Part shown: one piece after another, positions 63,852 through 64,000 of the stretch
How positions within the stretch are numbered: position 1 is the stretch's first letter
Layout of the letters: every line of letters begins with the position of its first letter
Origin: an uncultured virus (IMG/VR IMGVR_UViG_3300044846_004358)
Lineage: Duplodnaviria > Heunggongvirae > Uroviricota > Caudoviricetes
Virus record (IMG/VR): IMGVR_UViG_3300044846_004358
Reading direction: 5' to 3' (one strand)
DNA length: 64,000 nucleotides
Notes under the pieces: model-generated
Told to the model about the DNA's origin: nothing
What the model saw: the letters and a program-made list of their open reading frames with translations, nothing else
The model's database searches: none
Program-made: the position numbers and the translations under genes

Positions 63852-64000
63852 TTTATCAATCTAACTAATTTATGTTAATATATCAATTTGTTTTACCACA
63901 CAATCCAAAATATATTTTCCAACATCAGGGTCAACACAATTTCTAATTATCTGGTCTTTTCTGTGGGATAACTTAAACTCCCTCAAATCAAAATAACCTT

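Noticed and set aside
1..64000. Alternative genetic code (TAG or TGA recoding)
   Set aside because: The standard code gives dense full-length genes; TAG and TGA end well-defined proteins (PPIase TAG, ATGA overlaps); the early TAG near 61205 is followed closely by TGA and is better explained as a frameshift
1..64000. Bacterial chromosome or eukaryotic giant virus origin
   Set aside because: Host-like genes are isolated among phage-type orphans with no core operons; murein hydrolases, T9SS cargo and Bacteroidota promoters argue against a eukaryotic virus. No capsid or terminase gene is in the window, so the phage call remains an inference

Overview
Very AT-rich, gene-dense 64 kb segment best read as part of a large (jumbo-type) phage genome infecting Bacteroidota. 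Support: a GH19 endolysin and several other murein hydrolases, an HNH endonuclease, thyA, two DNA methyltransferases, SmpB, a TonB-dependent receptor, a T9SS cargo protein, TAnnTTTG host-type promoters, and no rRNA or core bacterial operons. No capsid, terminase, tRNA or CRISPR was recognised. The main unexplained feature is about 40 unrelated proteins carrying one of about five families of short N-terminal amphipathic leaders (e.g. MKKIVRLTESDLVRLVKRVINE, MKIIITEEQ, MNLQEQLNRIQEMMG, MxLxxxIRRILREE, MKxIxISEEEKxxIxxLY), mostly ending in [ILV]-x-E. Their operons are preceded by a dedicated TATTTAT motif, and the leader-coding DNA is duplicated as a cassette. I infer a capsid-targeting, protease-cleaved cargo-tagging system with a recombining cargo library. 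Other highlights: a phage-borne GAF/PAS histidine kinase plus response regulator operon back-to-back with the endolysin; a tandem array of diversified LRR-like proteins; a candidate replication origin at about 23.5-26 kb; and an oriented ~38-bp intergenic repeat. All family assignments come from motif recognition by eye; no database searches were run.
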